A DNA stretch of 64,000 nt from Octopus bimaculoides (lineage: Eukaryota), in the NCBI RefSeq assembly GCF_001194135.2, contig NC_068983.1:78286860-78350859 (forward strand), read 5' to 3'. Both the position numbers and the translations under genes were made by a program. The notes beneath the pieces were generated by a model. That model searched no databases. It saw only the letters and a list, made by a program, of their open reading frames with translations, and was not told where the DNA came from. Positions 12,957 through 23,645 of the stretch are shown here, one piece after another (positions within the stretch are counted from its first letter, which is position 1; each line of letters starts with the position of its first letter).

Positions 12957-13265
12957 AGAGAGAGAAGGGAAAGAGAGAGAAGGGAAAGAGAGAGAAGGGA
13001 AAGAGAGAGAAGGGAAAGAGAGAGAAGGGAAAGAGAGAGAAGGGAAAGAGANNNNNNNNNNNNNNNNNNNNNNNNNNNNNNNNNNNNNNNNNNNNNNNNN
13101 NNNNNNNNNNNNNNNNNNNNNNNNNNNNNNNNNNNNNNNNNNNNNNNNNNNNNNNNNNNNNNNNNNNNNNNNNNNNNNNNNNNNNNNNNAGGGGGGGGAG
13201 AAGGGAAAGAGAGAGGGGGGGGGAAGAGAGAGAGAGAGAGAAAGAGAGACAGTCAGACAGACAGA
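12660..13265. repeat. Compound (TG)n/(TA)n/(AG)n microsatellite with a 15-bp agagaagggaaagag repeat
   Basis: Direct reading; spans an N gap. Confidence 0.95.
13052..13189. other. Assembly gap
   Basis: Run of N. Confidence 1.
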
Positions 13266-14733
13266 GAGGTTTTTATAATTCTGTATCAAAATGTGCCAAT
13301 GTTCAGAGTAAATATATTAATGTATATATGTGATTATTTACAAGATTGACATTAATATTTTCACAAGAAAAAATGGTATATCTCTAATTATAAGTGCACA
13401 ATAACATATATTATGTGTGAGCCTGTTGATGTGTGTAAATGTATATGTTTACATCTTATTGTACATGTACTTATATGTGTGTATGCATATACTGTTATGT
13501 ATCATGTGTATATGCTGCATATTTATATATGTGTATGTGTGCTTGCTTACAGTAAATATACATACTCACTTTTGCATTTATGTGTGAATGTATACCTACA
13601 GAGTATACAAGTAAGCTTGTATATATTATGTTTTTTTGTCATAAAAACTATATAAACAATAGAAAAAAATCAGTGAGTTTATATTACATCAGTTGTTTAT
13701 CTTCGTTGCCATCTAATACAATTTGACTAAAAATGCTATCTGTAATTTCTAATAAGAGTTATTGAGCTTTATATCTGGGAATGGATGTGAATGGGGGAAT
13801 TTAATATGTCTCTTGCATTATATAAAACAGAACTAATTACTAGAACTTCTGACTCCAGAAACTATTTCATATATACAGATTGCAATGTCTGAATAAAAAC
13901 TCTAAGCTAAAATAGGACGATTGAAATGTGGTTTGCTGTTTTTGCTGTTGCATTAATGTTTAATATGATATTATGATATAGATAACAAAACTTTTTATGT
14001 GTTAGCAGTTGTAATAATACTGCTATCTGGAACAATCTTTTGAGTAGCTAATAGTAATACACTGGTACAATGTAATATCTCTGTAATTACACCATAGCTT
14101 ATTTGTGTGGGTTAGCTGTACATTTTTGGTACTGTTGTACGATTGCAGCTTAAATGGTCTACTTTGGGTAGAAAGATCATAACTGATTTGCTGTTACTGT
14201 CATGATGAACTTGCGTACTTATACAATTCATTATAAAAGTGGACGGCAGCAAGACTGATATGAGATCCAGTAATATCGTTTCCCTCACTTTAATATCTTG
14301 TTAATTTATGTTAGTGTCATTGTTTTTCTCATTTAAGAATTTGAGCTTAGTACTGCAAGTCAAATATAAAGGAAATACAAATGTCCAATGATAGTGTCAA
14401 CTAATTTTAGTCATTTTATATATAGTAGTTAATCTTATATATAGTAGCTAATATACATAATAGATTTTATATATATTGCAGTTAATCCACAAAATTCTTA
14501 CTATTTTTAAAATGTGAACCACGTACATGAACATTTATTATTAGGACAATACAACTATTACAAAATTTGAATACTCATGTCTATAAAGCGAATCATATAA
14601 TTATTTATCAATTACATCTATGCTGCAAAACTTCTCAAGAAAGATTCATCAGATCTCCTCAACAGATACATTAAAATATATAATCGATTGCCCTTTGTGA
14701 ACAGTATTATTCTTGGTTACTGTTTTCTAACAG

Positions 14734-14765
14734 GCCAGTCACTAGTACATTGCATTGAAGCTAAT
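14734..14765 (+). CDS. Candidate 32-nt micro-exon (xQSLVHCIEAN)
   Basis: Acceptor ttcttggttactgttttctaacag, donor AAT|gtgagt; exactly one frame open. Confidence 0.3.
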
Positions 14766-14869
14766 GTGAGTGACCAGAAGCATCTATAAAATTCAGGCAG
14801 AATAAACATGGCAGAATTTTTCTGTTAGAAGTACTGATTCATCAGTTTCTACCCAATGTTTACACAACA

Positions 14870-15060
14870 TGCACACACGCACACACACACACACACATAT
14901 ACACACACAGACACACAATGGCATGGCACATGTACACACACAGACACACGATGGCATGGCACATGTACACACACACACACACACAAAGCACATGGGCACA
15001 TATGCACACACACACACGAATGCACACACACACACACACACACACAAATGCACACATATA
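14870..15060. repeat. (CA)n tract with a duplicated 26-bp unit
   Basis: acacacagacacacaatggcatggcacatgt appears twice. Confidence 0.9.
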
Positions 15061-15929
15061 CAGGAGGGCTTCCACACATTTCCTGTCAACTGAATTCTTT
15101 TTAGAAATCATTGGGCAACATAAGACTCTGGTAGAAGACATTTACCCATGGTGCGTTCCAGCAGGACTGAACCTGGAATCTCAGTGCTGTAAACCAAACA
15201 TGTACGCCCACACTCTCAACAATAACCTTAAAACCTTTCTTCTAAAGCAAGATTTTCTGTTTGCTACCAATATTGTAGAACCCCAAGAATTGTATACAAA
15301 CCATTGTCCCTTCAGTTACAAGAATTAGAACAGCATCCACTTGATTCATTCTGCTGCAGCTCTCAGTAATATTTTTTTATACAATCTCAGTAAATTTAAT
15401 AGATTTAATATCAACATATATTGAAATGTTATTTATTTGCTTTTTTCTATGACGAATTAAACAATTCAGTGATATTTTATTAGAAAACAAAATCAAATTT
15501 AATATGATTTTAACTTAAAGACATGTAAGAAATACATAAGAAGTATTTGAACATTATAGAAACATGTTAGAAAACATATAAATTAAAAACATTTGAAGAT
15601 AGAAGCATGTAAATCTAAAATGTGTTTGAGTTCAGAATCACTGCTACTTTCCACCATTTTATTAGAACTTTAGTTATATTGCTTTAGTTATAAAACTGTT
15701 GGTTATCAAAGGAGAAAGTTTAGTCGATCTATTTGACCCCAATCTAATTACAGCTGTATATTTTGTTGGTTTTAGAGAGATTAAAAGCATTGTCACTCAC
15801 AAACAGTGAAAACTTTATAGTAATTGAATCAATGGTGGAACCTCTAGGCAGTTAATCATTCAGTGAGAAACAACAGTCAAATCTCACTCTAATCACATGC
15901 TTGTATCTTAAATAAAGAAACGTAATGTG

Positions 15930-16304
15930 CTGAAGGCCAATCTCAAGATTCTGAGTCTTACGAAAGAGATAGCTGGATGAAGTGATGAAAGCCAATCTCA
16001 AGATGCTGAGCCTTAAAAAAGAGATGACTAAGGAGTGAAATATCAGATACCTTGCAGTACTCAAGAAGACCTGTCCACCACACCAGAATTGATACTGATG
16101 CTGGTGTTATGTAAAAAGCACTCATGCTGGTGCCACATTAAAAGCATCCAGTACAATTTATGGAGTGGTTGGCATTAGGAAGGGCATTTATCTGTAGAAA
16201 CCATGCCAAAGCAGACAATGGAGCTTGGTGTGTTCCATGGCCTTACCAGCTCCAATCAAACCATGACAGCATGGAAAACAGACGTTAAATGATGGTGATG
16301 ATGG

Positions 16305-16348
<44 letters not shown>
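15930..16348 (+). mobile_element. RTE 3' end (ORF terminus, 3' UTR, (GAT)n tail)
   Basis: WMK**KPISRC-like remnant reading EVMKANLKMLSLKKEMTK in frame, then family A UTR and a long (GAT)n. Confidence 0.8.
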
Positions 16349-16351
<3 letters not shown>

Positions 16352-16716
16352 CTGATTATTTTAAGAAGGATGTTTACATATGCTCAATTCATGCCAATAA
16401 TTCCTTTGATCATAGGCTTACTTGACAGTGTTCGTTTTGGGCTAAGCAGAAAAATCGTGAACTACATGAGCAAACAAGGGACTCTCTATGTGGTTTCTCT
16501 TTCTCCTAGACATACCAGCTAAGTCTCTCTCAAATTACACCTAACTAAAACAAAAAGAAAAAATGAAAAGAAAGATGTATTGATTAATATTGTCTTTGAT
16601 ACACCAAGTCCAAGTAAAAGAATGGCTGCTCTTCTCCAAGCTGGAACATCTTATTTTATAAGCTAACCTCAGACTATCTGAAACAGCAACAAGAACAACA
16701 ACTATGAGTACCATGT

Positions 16717-17110
16717 CATCATCATCATCGTCATCGTTTAACATCCACTTTCTATGCTGGCATGGGTTGGATGGTTTGATTGAGGGCTGGCAAACCAGAA
16801 GGCTGCACCAGGCTCCAATCTGATCTGGCAAAGTTTCTACAGCTGGACGTCCTTCCTAATGCCAACCACTCCGAGGGTGTAGTGGGTGCTTTTTATGTGC
16901 CACTGACATGAGGGCCAGTCGGGCAGTACTGGCATCAACCACACTCAAATGGTGTTTTTTATGAGCCACCGGCATAGAAGCCAGTCAGGCAGCACTGGCA
17001 ATGACCACGCTCGAAAGGTGTTTTTTACATGCCACTGGCACAGGAGCCAGTCAGGTGACACTGGCAACGATCATGCTCAAATGGTGCTTTTAATGTGCCA
17101 CTGGTACGGG
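16717..17110 (-). mobile_element. RTE 3' UTR fragment (family A) with three ~66-nt tandem units
   Basis: (CAT)n-cgtttaac start; units agccagtcaggc...actggc...gtgttttttacatgccactggcac. Confidence 0.85.
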
Positions 17111-17654
17111 TGCCAATCTGGCAGTTATGTAATATATATATTTCACTTCTGCTGCTACAAGATCATATGATATTTCTGTATGATACTGAGGTACAATGTC
17201 TCAAAGCTAAGGAGAGGGGGATGGTAACAGTTGATTATATTAGCCCTAGGACTTAACAGTACTCTATTTTACTGATCTTAGAAAGATAAATCACAAAACT
17301 GACCGTCCAAAATTTAATCCTTTTGCCACCAACCCACCTCAGAAATTAAATGGCTATGAATAAATTTTACATCCCATTGTAATTTTTTCTTTACTGTTTA
17401 GTCAGGGAGGAAAGGCCAGTAACTTGTGTTCCTTTATTTTTCAGAACCCTCAAAACCAGTCAGGGGAAGAGAGAAAGACCAATAGCCAATTCCAAATCTT
17501 TTAACAGGATAAGGTCTGCTAAGTGACCCAAGGACCAGGTGATGGTGTTAAACCAAACAGCAAATTAAGACTACAGCTCAAGAATTCTAAACACAAATAT
17601 TAAAATGAATACAAGTCATCTTATCTGAAACTATGACAATTCCACTATAAGCAT

Positions 17655-17822
17655 AGGCATGGTTATGTGGTTAAGAAGCTCACTTTGCAGCCACATGCTT
17701 TTGGGTTCAATCTTACTGTGAGCTTACCAAAGCCTTGCGAATGAATCTGGTAAATGGAAACTGTGTGGTAACCTCTCCCTGTTATTTATGTGTGCTTGTG
17801 TGTCTTTGTGTGCGTGTGTGTG

Positions 17823-17861
<39 letters not shown>

Positions 17862-18089
17862 GTGTGTGTGTGTGTGCTTGTGTATGCATGTTTTTGTGTC
17901 TGTGTTTGTCCTCCCACCCAACTTGACAAACAGGGTTGGTTTCTATACATTCCCATAACTTAGCACTTTGCTAAAAGAGATTGATAGAATAACTACAAAG
18001 ATCAATCTGTTCAACAAAAAACCCTTCAAAACTGAGCCTCAGCATGGCTGCAATCCAATGACTGAAGCAAGTAAAAAAGGTAAAAGAAG
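17655..18089 (+). mobile_element. tRNA-derived SINE family B with internal (TG)n
   Basis: A-box-like tggttatgtggttaag, B-box-like gggttcaatc, and the family 3' tail. Confidence 0.8.
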
Positions 18090-18624
18090 GTAATCCACTT
18101 CCATGGTCTGGTATATATATGTTATTGATCCACAAAAGGATGAATGGTAAAGCTGACCTTAGTGAAATTTGAACTCAGGGTGCAGAAAGCTGGAACAAAT
18201 ACTACAAGGCATTTTGTTCTAGGCTTTAATGACTCTGCCAATTTGCCACATATGCTCTACTGATTTCCTCGATACACCATCCTCCCTTTACCATATGATA
18301 TTTCTTTACAAAACTGTAATTTTAGGTGGTATTTTATTAATAATTCAGTATTATCAAGCAGCAACAGATCAGATGGAATAGGAAGAAGCAAGGAAAAAAA
18401 ATAAACCAAATACAGTGTTATTAGTATTTGTGAAAGCCATATGAAGCGTGACTACAGAATACAAAATGTGAATTATGAAAATTATTAGTAAAAGAAATAA
18501 AAAAAAAAAGAGAAAGAAAATGGAAGAGAATAATGCGAATACTAACAGTGAATGAAAAACAACACATGGCTGTGAGTATATATACATGAAAACATATGTG
18601 TGTAATGTAAGATCCTGTTTCTGT

Positions 18625-18778
18625 ACATATACGCACACGCACACACACACACACATACACACACACATACATACGTACATACATACATACATACATACAT
18701 ACATACATACATACATACATACATACATACATGCATACATACATACATGTTTATATATTTTACTGTATATTTGTATGC

Positions 18779-18814
<36 letters not shown>

Positions 18815-18905
18815 TGTGTGTGTGCATGTGTGTGTGTGTGCGTGTGTGTGTGTGTGCATGTGTGTGTGTGTGTGTGTGTGTGCGCGTGTGCATGTGTGTG
18901 AGAGT
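18625..18905. repeat. (CA)n, (ACAT)n and (TG)n microsatellites
   Basis: Direct reading. Confidence 0.95.
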
Positions 18906-19384
18906 GAGTTGCTTTTATAATTCTTTGAATTACTCCTGTAAATAAATTGGTTCCAATCTAAAAGACAAAGCTCCACCATTGGAATTTAGATTTAAATCAA
19001 CAATAAAGTACTATATATTTTTCAGAAATGTCTTTTTCATTTATTCTGTTCCAGTTGCAAAATGAATTTTCAGAAAACAAATTTGATGCTCTCTTTCTTT
19101 GCTGAAAATGCAGGCTTTCCCAGACTATTACTTACACGTTTAGTTACATGATTAACCAATTAATCCAGTGTGGCAAGATTACACTGTGTGACAAAATTTT
19201 TATTTATTTTTATTGTCTTTGGTCAGTAAGTGTTGTTTCTTATTTGCTTCTGTCTAAAAATCAAAGGAAATGACTACTATTCCCTTTGAGCTTTGCTTTT
19301 GGGACTTGGGCATTAGTGTTTTGAAACTAACCTATTTTCCATTACATTTCAAACAGATTCAGTGCTGAGTTGCTGAAGCGGAAA

Positions 19385-19545
19385 TATCATTATAGCAAAT
19401 ATTCTGCTCAATACCACAGATTTGCTTATCAGTTGCTTGACCACTTGAGTATGTATCTTAGTAGTTGACCAATATGTGCATCTCTGACCATATGCAGTAG
19501 TAGTGGAGGAGCATCATAGCCATATTTCAAGAGGAATTATTAATA
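19385..19545 (+). mobile_element. Fragment of family D non-autonomous retroposon
   Basis: tagcaaatattctgctcaataccacagatttgctt matches 28700-28780. Confidence 0.65.
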
Positions 19546-19638
19546 TTAACCATTTTCATATCTTCTAGGGTATGAAAGCAAATCGTAAATAGCACTAGCT
19601 ACCCAAGGACAAAAGTCATCTAACAGCATTATTGATAC

Positions 19639-19642
<4 letters not shown>

Positions 19643-19670
<28 letters not shown>

Positions 19671-19818
19671 GTTTAACGTCCGCCTTCCATGCTAGCATGG
19701 GTTGGACGATTTGACTAAGAACTAGTGAACCAGATGGCTACACCAGGCTCCAATCTGATTTGGTAGAGTTTCTACAGCTGGATGCCCTTCCTAACGCCAA
19801 CCACTCCAAGAGTGTAGT
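19643..19818 (-). mobile_element. Short RTE 3' UTR fragment (family A)
   Basis: (CAT)n-cgtttaacgtccgcc...cttcctaacgccaaccactcc. Confidence 0.85.
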
Positions 19819-20071
19819 TATATATGTAGAGAGTGTAGTTATAAATGTAAATTTATAATCAAATTCTGAGAAGCTATAGATTCCAAAAGATGTGACCTTA
19901 AATTTCCTCTTTTTCACTAATTATTTGCAAAATATTGACACCTCCTTGACAGCTGAACTCCACAATGAAATTGTTTTCTGTCCTTAACAATTATATCAAC
20001 AAATTACGTTAGCTTCTTAAAGCTGTTTTGACAAGAATGTCCCACAATTTTCTTGTACTGAAATTTATCTA

Positions 20072-20929
20072 TGCGGTGGTATCAAAATGTTCTTGGACTA
20101 GTTCTGTAGCATGCCAACAGATGGCAGCACATAATTGTGTGTGCAGTGAGAGTTAGCAGGGACCTTAATGAGGCTGTGTACTGAGTGACATTGCTGTATT
20201 TTCTTCACAAGTTGGGAAATTTGTGTTTTTGTGATCATGTGTATGCTGTCGTCTGCAATTTTGTAATGGACAGGAAATTGGAAGAAGGAACCACCATGAA
20301 ATTTTGCATTAAACTTGGGAAGTCTGCTACAGAGACAGGTAGCATCCTTCAGCAAGCTTATGGTTATGAGGCAATGGGTCATACACAATGTTTTGAGTGG
20401 CACAGAAACTTCTAAAGCAGAACATCCATAGAAGGCAATGAGCAACCTGAAAGACCTGCTGTGAGCGTCATCCCCAGAAATGTGGTATTGTGCACCGAGA
20501 ATTTGTCCCCAAGGCCCAGACTGTCGATTGAGAGTTCTATTGCAACGTTTTGAAGCATTTGAGGAAGTATGCTTGGTGAAAGCAACCTGATCTATGGAGC
20601 TTGAAGAATTGAATTGTTGACAATTACAATGCACTCTGTCACTAAACTCTCCACATTCATGAGTCTCTCAACAAGAAACAACATAGTCCACTTCCATACC
20701 TGGCTTATTTGTCAGATTTAGCACCTGCAGACTTCTATCTCTTCCCCAAGATGAAAAGGCAGCTCAAGGGTCACCACTTTAACACCATTGTTGAGATCTA
20801 GAGCAAATCACAGAAGGTCCTTGACTTGCTTTGGAACCCTTGTATTGCTGAGCAAAGTGACTATTTTGAAGGAGATGATGTTAAATCAAAAATGAGTTAT
20901 TTGTTATTAAACCTCTTGATACCACCTCA
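20072..20929 (+). mobile_element. Internally deleted mariner element
   Basis: TA-flanked TIRs; MDRKLEEGTTMKFCIKLGKSATET...CFEWH N-terminus; YLSDLAPADFYLFPKMK C-terminal motif. Confidence 0.9.
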
Positions 20930-21473
20930 TACATACTCACATCAGAAATAGTTGGTTTTGACATTTGTCCCAGTGCCATCCATTTTACGAATAGTATGGT
21001 ATATTATTTTGGCAATAATAACGTGCAGCATAGGAAGATAGCTCATTAATATTTCTGGACAGCTGTTGATCATATGTGCAGTTTTTCTCATAGACATATG
21101 AGATAACTGATATTTTTCTGTCATGTCTCAATATTCTACAGTCTCTGTTGTTTTTCATTTTTCATCTTTTCTCAACAGGTAATTCGTAGCTATCTCCTGC
21201 TTCTAGATTTTAAAGAAATGACACTCAAAACATGATACAATGTAACAGTCATGAGTTTTGACAATACTTCTAGTCAATATTAGTCTCACTATTTTGTCAA
21301 TGTCTAATTTGCTTTTCATCCTTTCAGGGTCAATAGAATAGGTTGACTAGAGTCAATGTAATTGACTAACCCCTCCCCCAAACTTGCTGGGCTTGTCCCA
21401 TGATTTGAAACCAATATTAATATCCCTATTAAGTCTGTGTGAAATATGCACAGACTTTTACTGGTACCAAGGA

Positions 21474-21549
21474 TGTTCCTCCAACTGTTTCTCTAGCTGT
21501 TCCTCCAGCTGTTTCTCTAGCTGTTCCTCCAGCATTGCCTCCAGCTGTT
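21474..21549. repeat. 12-bp minisatellite with alternating variants
   Basis: Minus-strand units AACAGCTGGAGG and AACAGCTAGAGA, about 6.5 copies. Confidence 0.9.
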
Positions 21550-21724
21550 CTGGGGTCACACAGAATATCACATGGAAGTCAATTAATTAAAAAAAAATGA
21601 TCTCATTATTAGACACTTGATTGTTGTTGGTGTTTAGCTGGTGCTGTTTGAGGAAAACAATACAGTTTTCAAAGGATTTCTGTGTGGGCCATAAGCTCTT
21701 CCTTTTGTCTTTCTTCATAAGTAG

Positions 21725-22033
21725 CATCATCATCATCATCATCATTTTATGTCTTCCATCTATGCTGGCATGGTTGGATGGTTTGGCAGGAGCTGGCAAG
21801 TCAGAAGCTTGTGCCAAGCTTTATTGACTGCTTTGGTATGGTTTCTATGGCCGAATACCCTTCTTAACACCAACCATTTTCTTTAGTGTAGTGGAGGTGC
21901 TTTTTTATGTGGCACCAGCAGCAGTGAGGTCAGCAAATAACCTACAAGACAAAACCCCCTCAAAATGAGGTAGGAGAAGCATGGAGAGAGTTGGCCTTGT
22001 GCCAGGTGATGAGAGATTAGAGTACGACCTCAT

Positions 22034-22076
<43 letters not shown>

Positions 22077-22310
22077 GGAGAGAGAGGAGAGAGGAGAGAG
22101 AGGAGAGAGAGAAGAGGGTGAAGAGAAAGAAAGATAAGAGGGAGGAGAGAGGAGATGAAGATGTGACTCAGGGTACACTCATGTAAGTGTGGAGGAGCCA
22201 AGGATTGGACAGGGGAAGTGGTTGGATGAATTCACAAGATTGCAAAAAGAGAGTAGGAGATGGAGAGGAGGGACTCTGTGAAAGATTCCACCTAAAGTTA
22301 GAACCTTGCT
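21725..22310 (-). mobile_element. Divergent RTE-like 3' tail subfamily with an (AG)-rich insert
   Basis: (CAT)n tail and ggatgcc/aaccac-type motifs; related to 25225-25760. Confidence 0.55.
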
Positions 22311-22380
22311 GGTTTTACTATCTATAGTCCAGGTTGTGTGTTTCAAATGATGTTATAACCACTGGTATAGAAAATTGTGG

Positions 22381-22975
22381 ATATAGCATTAATTCAGATT
22401 ACTCTCTTAAATGTTGTGCTTATTTTATTCTTTTATTCTTTTATTTGTTTCAGTCATTTGACTGCGGCCATGCTGGAGCACCACCTTTAGTTGAACAAAT
22501 AAGCCCCAGCCCCAGGACATATTCTTTGCAAGCCTAGTACTTATTCTATCAGTCTCTTTTACCAAATTGCTAAGTTATGGGGAAGTAAGTACACCAACAT
22601 CAGTTGTCAAGCGATAGTAGGTACAACAGACACACACATATATATACGACAGGCTTCATTCAGCTTCCCTCTACCAAATCCACTCACAAAGCTTTGGTTG
22701 GCCTGAGGCTATAGTAGAAGACACTTGCTCAAGGTGCCATGCAGTGGGACTGAATCTGGAACCATGTGGTTGGTAAGCATGCTACATACCACACAGCTAC
22801 TCCATGTAGTTTTGAATTAACCATGTATAATCTCATAGCTTTGAAATTTGGGGGATGTGGTTGTATATTTATAGAATGATATTGTAGGGTAGGTGCAAGA
22901 GGCCAGATCTGGTAGAATAGAATAGAAAACTGGTAGAATATTTGGGCCAGATATGACCAATTTAAATGCTAAAGT
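22381..22975. mobile_element. piggyBac-type MITE split by a SINE
   Basis: The halves tagcatt..cagattactct...aatgttgtgcttatt and ttttgaattaa...gggccagatatgacc aatttaaatgctaaag match the reverse complement of 61794-62013. Confidence 0.7.
22425..22807 (-). mobile_element. tRNA-derived SINE family B (full length)
   Basis: ttgtttcagtcatttgactgcggccatgctggagcacc ... gtgggactgaatctggaaccatgtggttggtaagc...taccacacagctac. Confidence 0.9.
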
Positions 22976-23258
22976 AAGACTGGAGGAACCAAGGATCGGA
23001 TAGGGTGAGTTGTTAGATGAGCTCATGAGATTGTAAAAGGAGATTAGAAGATGGAGAAGAGGGACTTTGTGAAAGATTCCACCTAAAGTTAGGACCTTGG
23101 TGTAGAATACTTTGGTTCTTCTATTTTGCTAATATTTTTGTATGACATATTTTCATCAATGTCAAAGTAACTGTTGCACTCATCGTCTGAAACACTGAGG
23201 ATAGTGGCACAATTGATGTTACTGTCTCTTTTTGTTTTTTGGTTTCTTTTTTGTGAAG

Positions 23259-23451
23259 TGGCTTTCACACATTCAACAGAAACATTTCACTCATTCAATA
23301 TGAAGATTTACGTAGACAATATTCCACCAATGTTGCAGTTCATAATACTGTTACACAGTTATTTAATCCAGCTGTTTCTCAGCACTGTAGTTAATTCCTG
23401 TGAAGATCTTCAGATTGTCAGCAGAGAATATATGGATTTCATGATGTTGAA
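23259..23451 (+). CDS. Candidate exon (AFTHSTETFHSFNMKIYVDNIPPML...YMDFMML)
   Basis: Long T-rich acceptor, 193-nt open frame, donor AA|gtaaac; no homology recognised. Confidence 0.2.
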
Positions 23452-23645
23452 GTAAACAACAAACTTATTGATGTCTTGTAACTTGTTTTCTTTTTCCTTA
23501 TTTGTTACAAGAATTCTGTTATGGCAAGCCATCTTGGTTTGTCAATTTGTATGTATGTATGCTATATATGTATGTGTCTGCATGTATGTATGTATATGCT
23601 GGAATGAATGTATGTCTTGTATCTATTTGTGTGTGAGTGCATGTA

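Noticed and set aside
12651-13349. ORFs of 180-230 aa
   Set aside because: Translations of (TG)n/(AG)n tracts across an N gap.
17655-17730. tRNA genes at SINE heads (also 40484, 41697, 52401)
   Set aside because: A/B-box-like words only, with no cloverleaf; they continue into SINE bodies.
18369-18979. Several overlapping ORFs of 100-174 aa
   Set aside because: (CA)n/(ACAT)n translations on both strands.
19137-19184. Minus-strand exon with a gtaagt donor
   Set aside because: Stops in all three frames.
20941-21124. 60-aa minus ORF with a gtgagt donor
   Set aside because: The stop falls just before the donor, and the donor overlaps the mariner flank.
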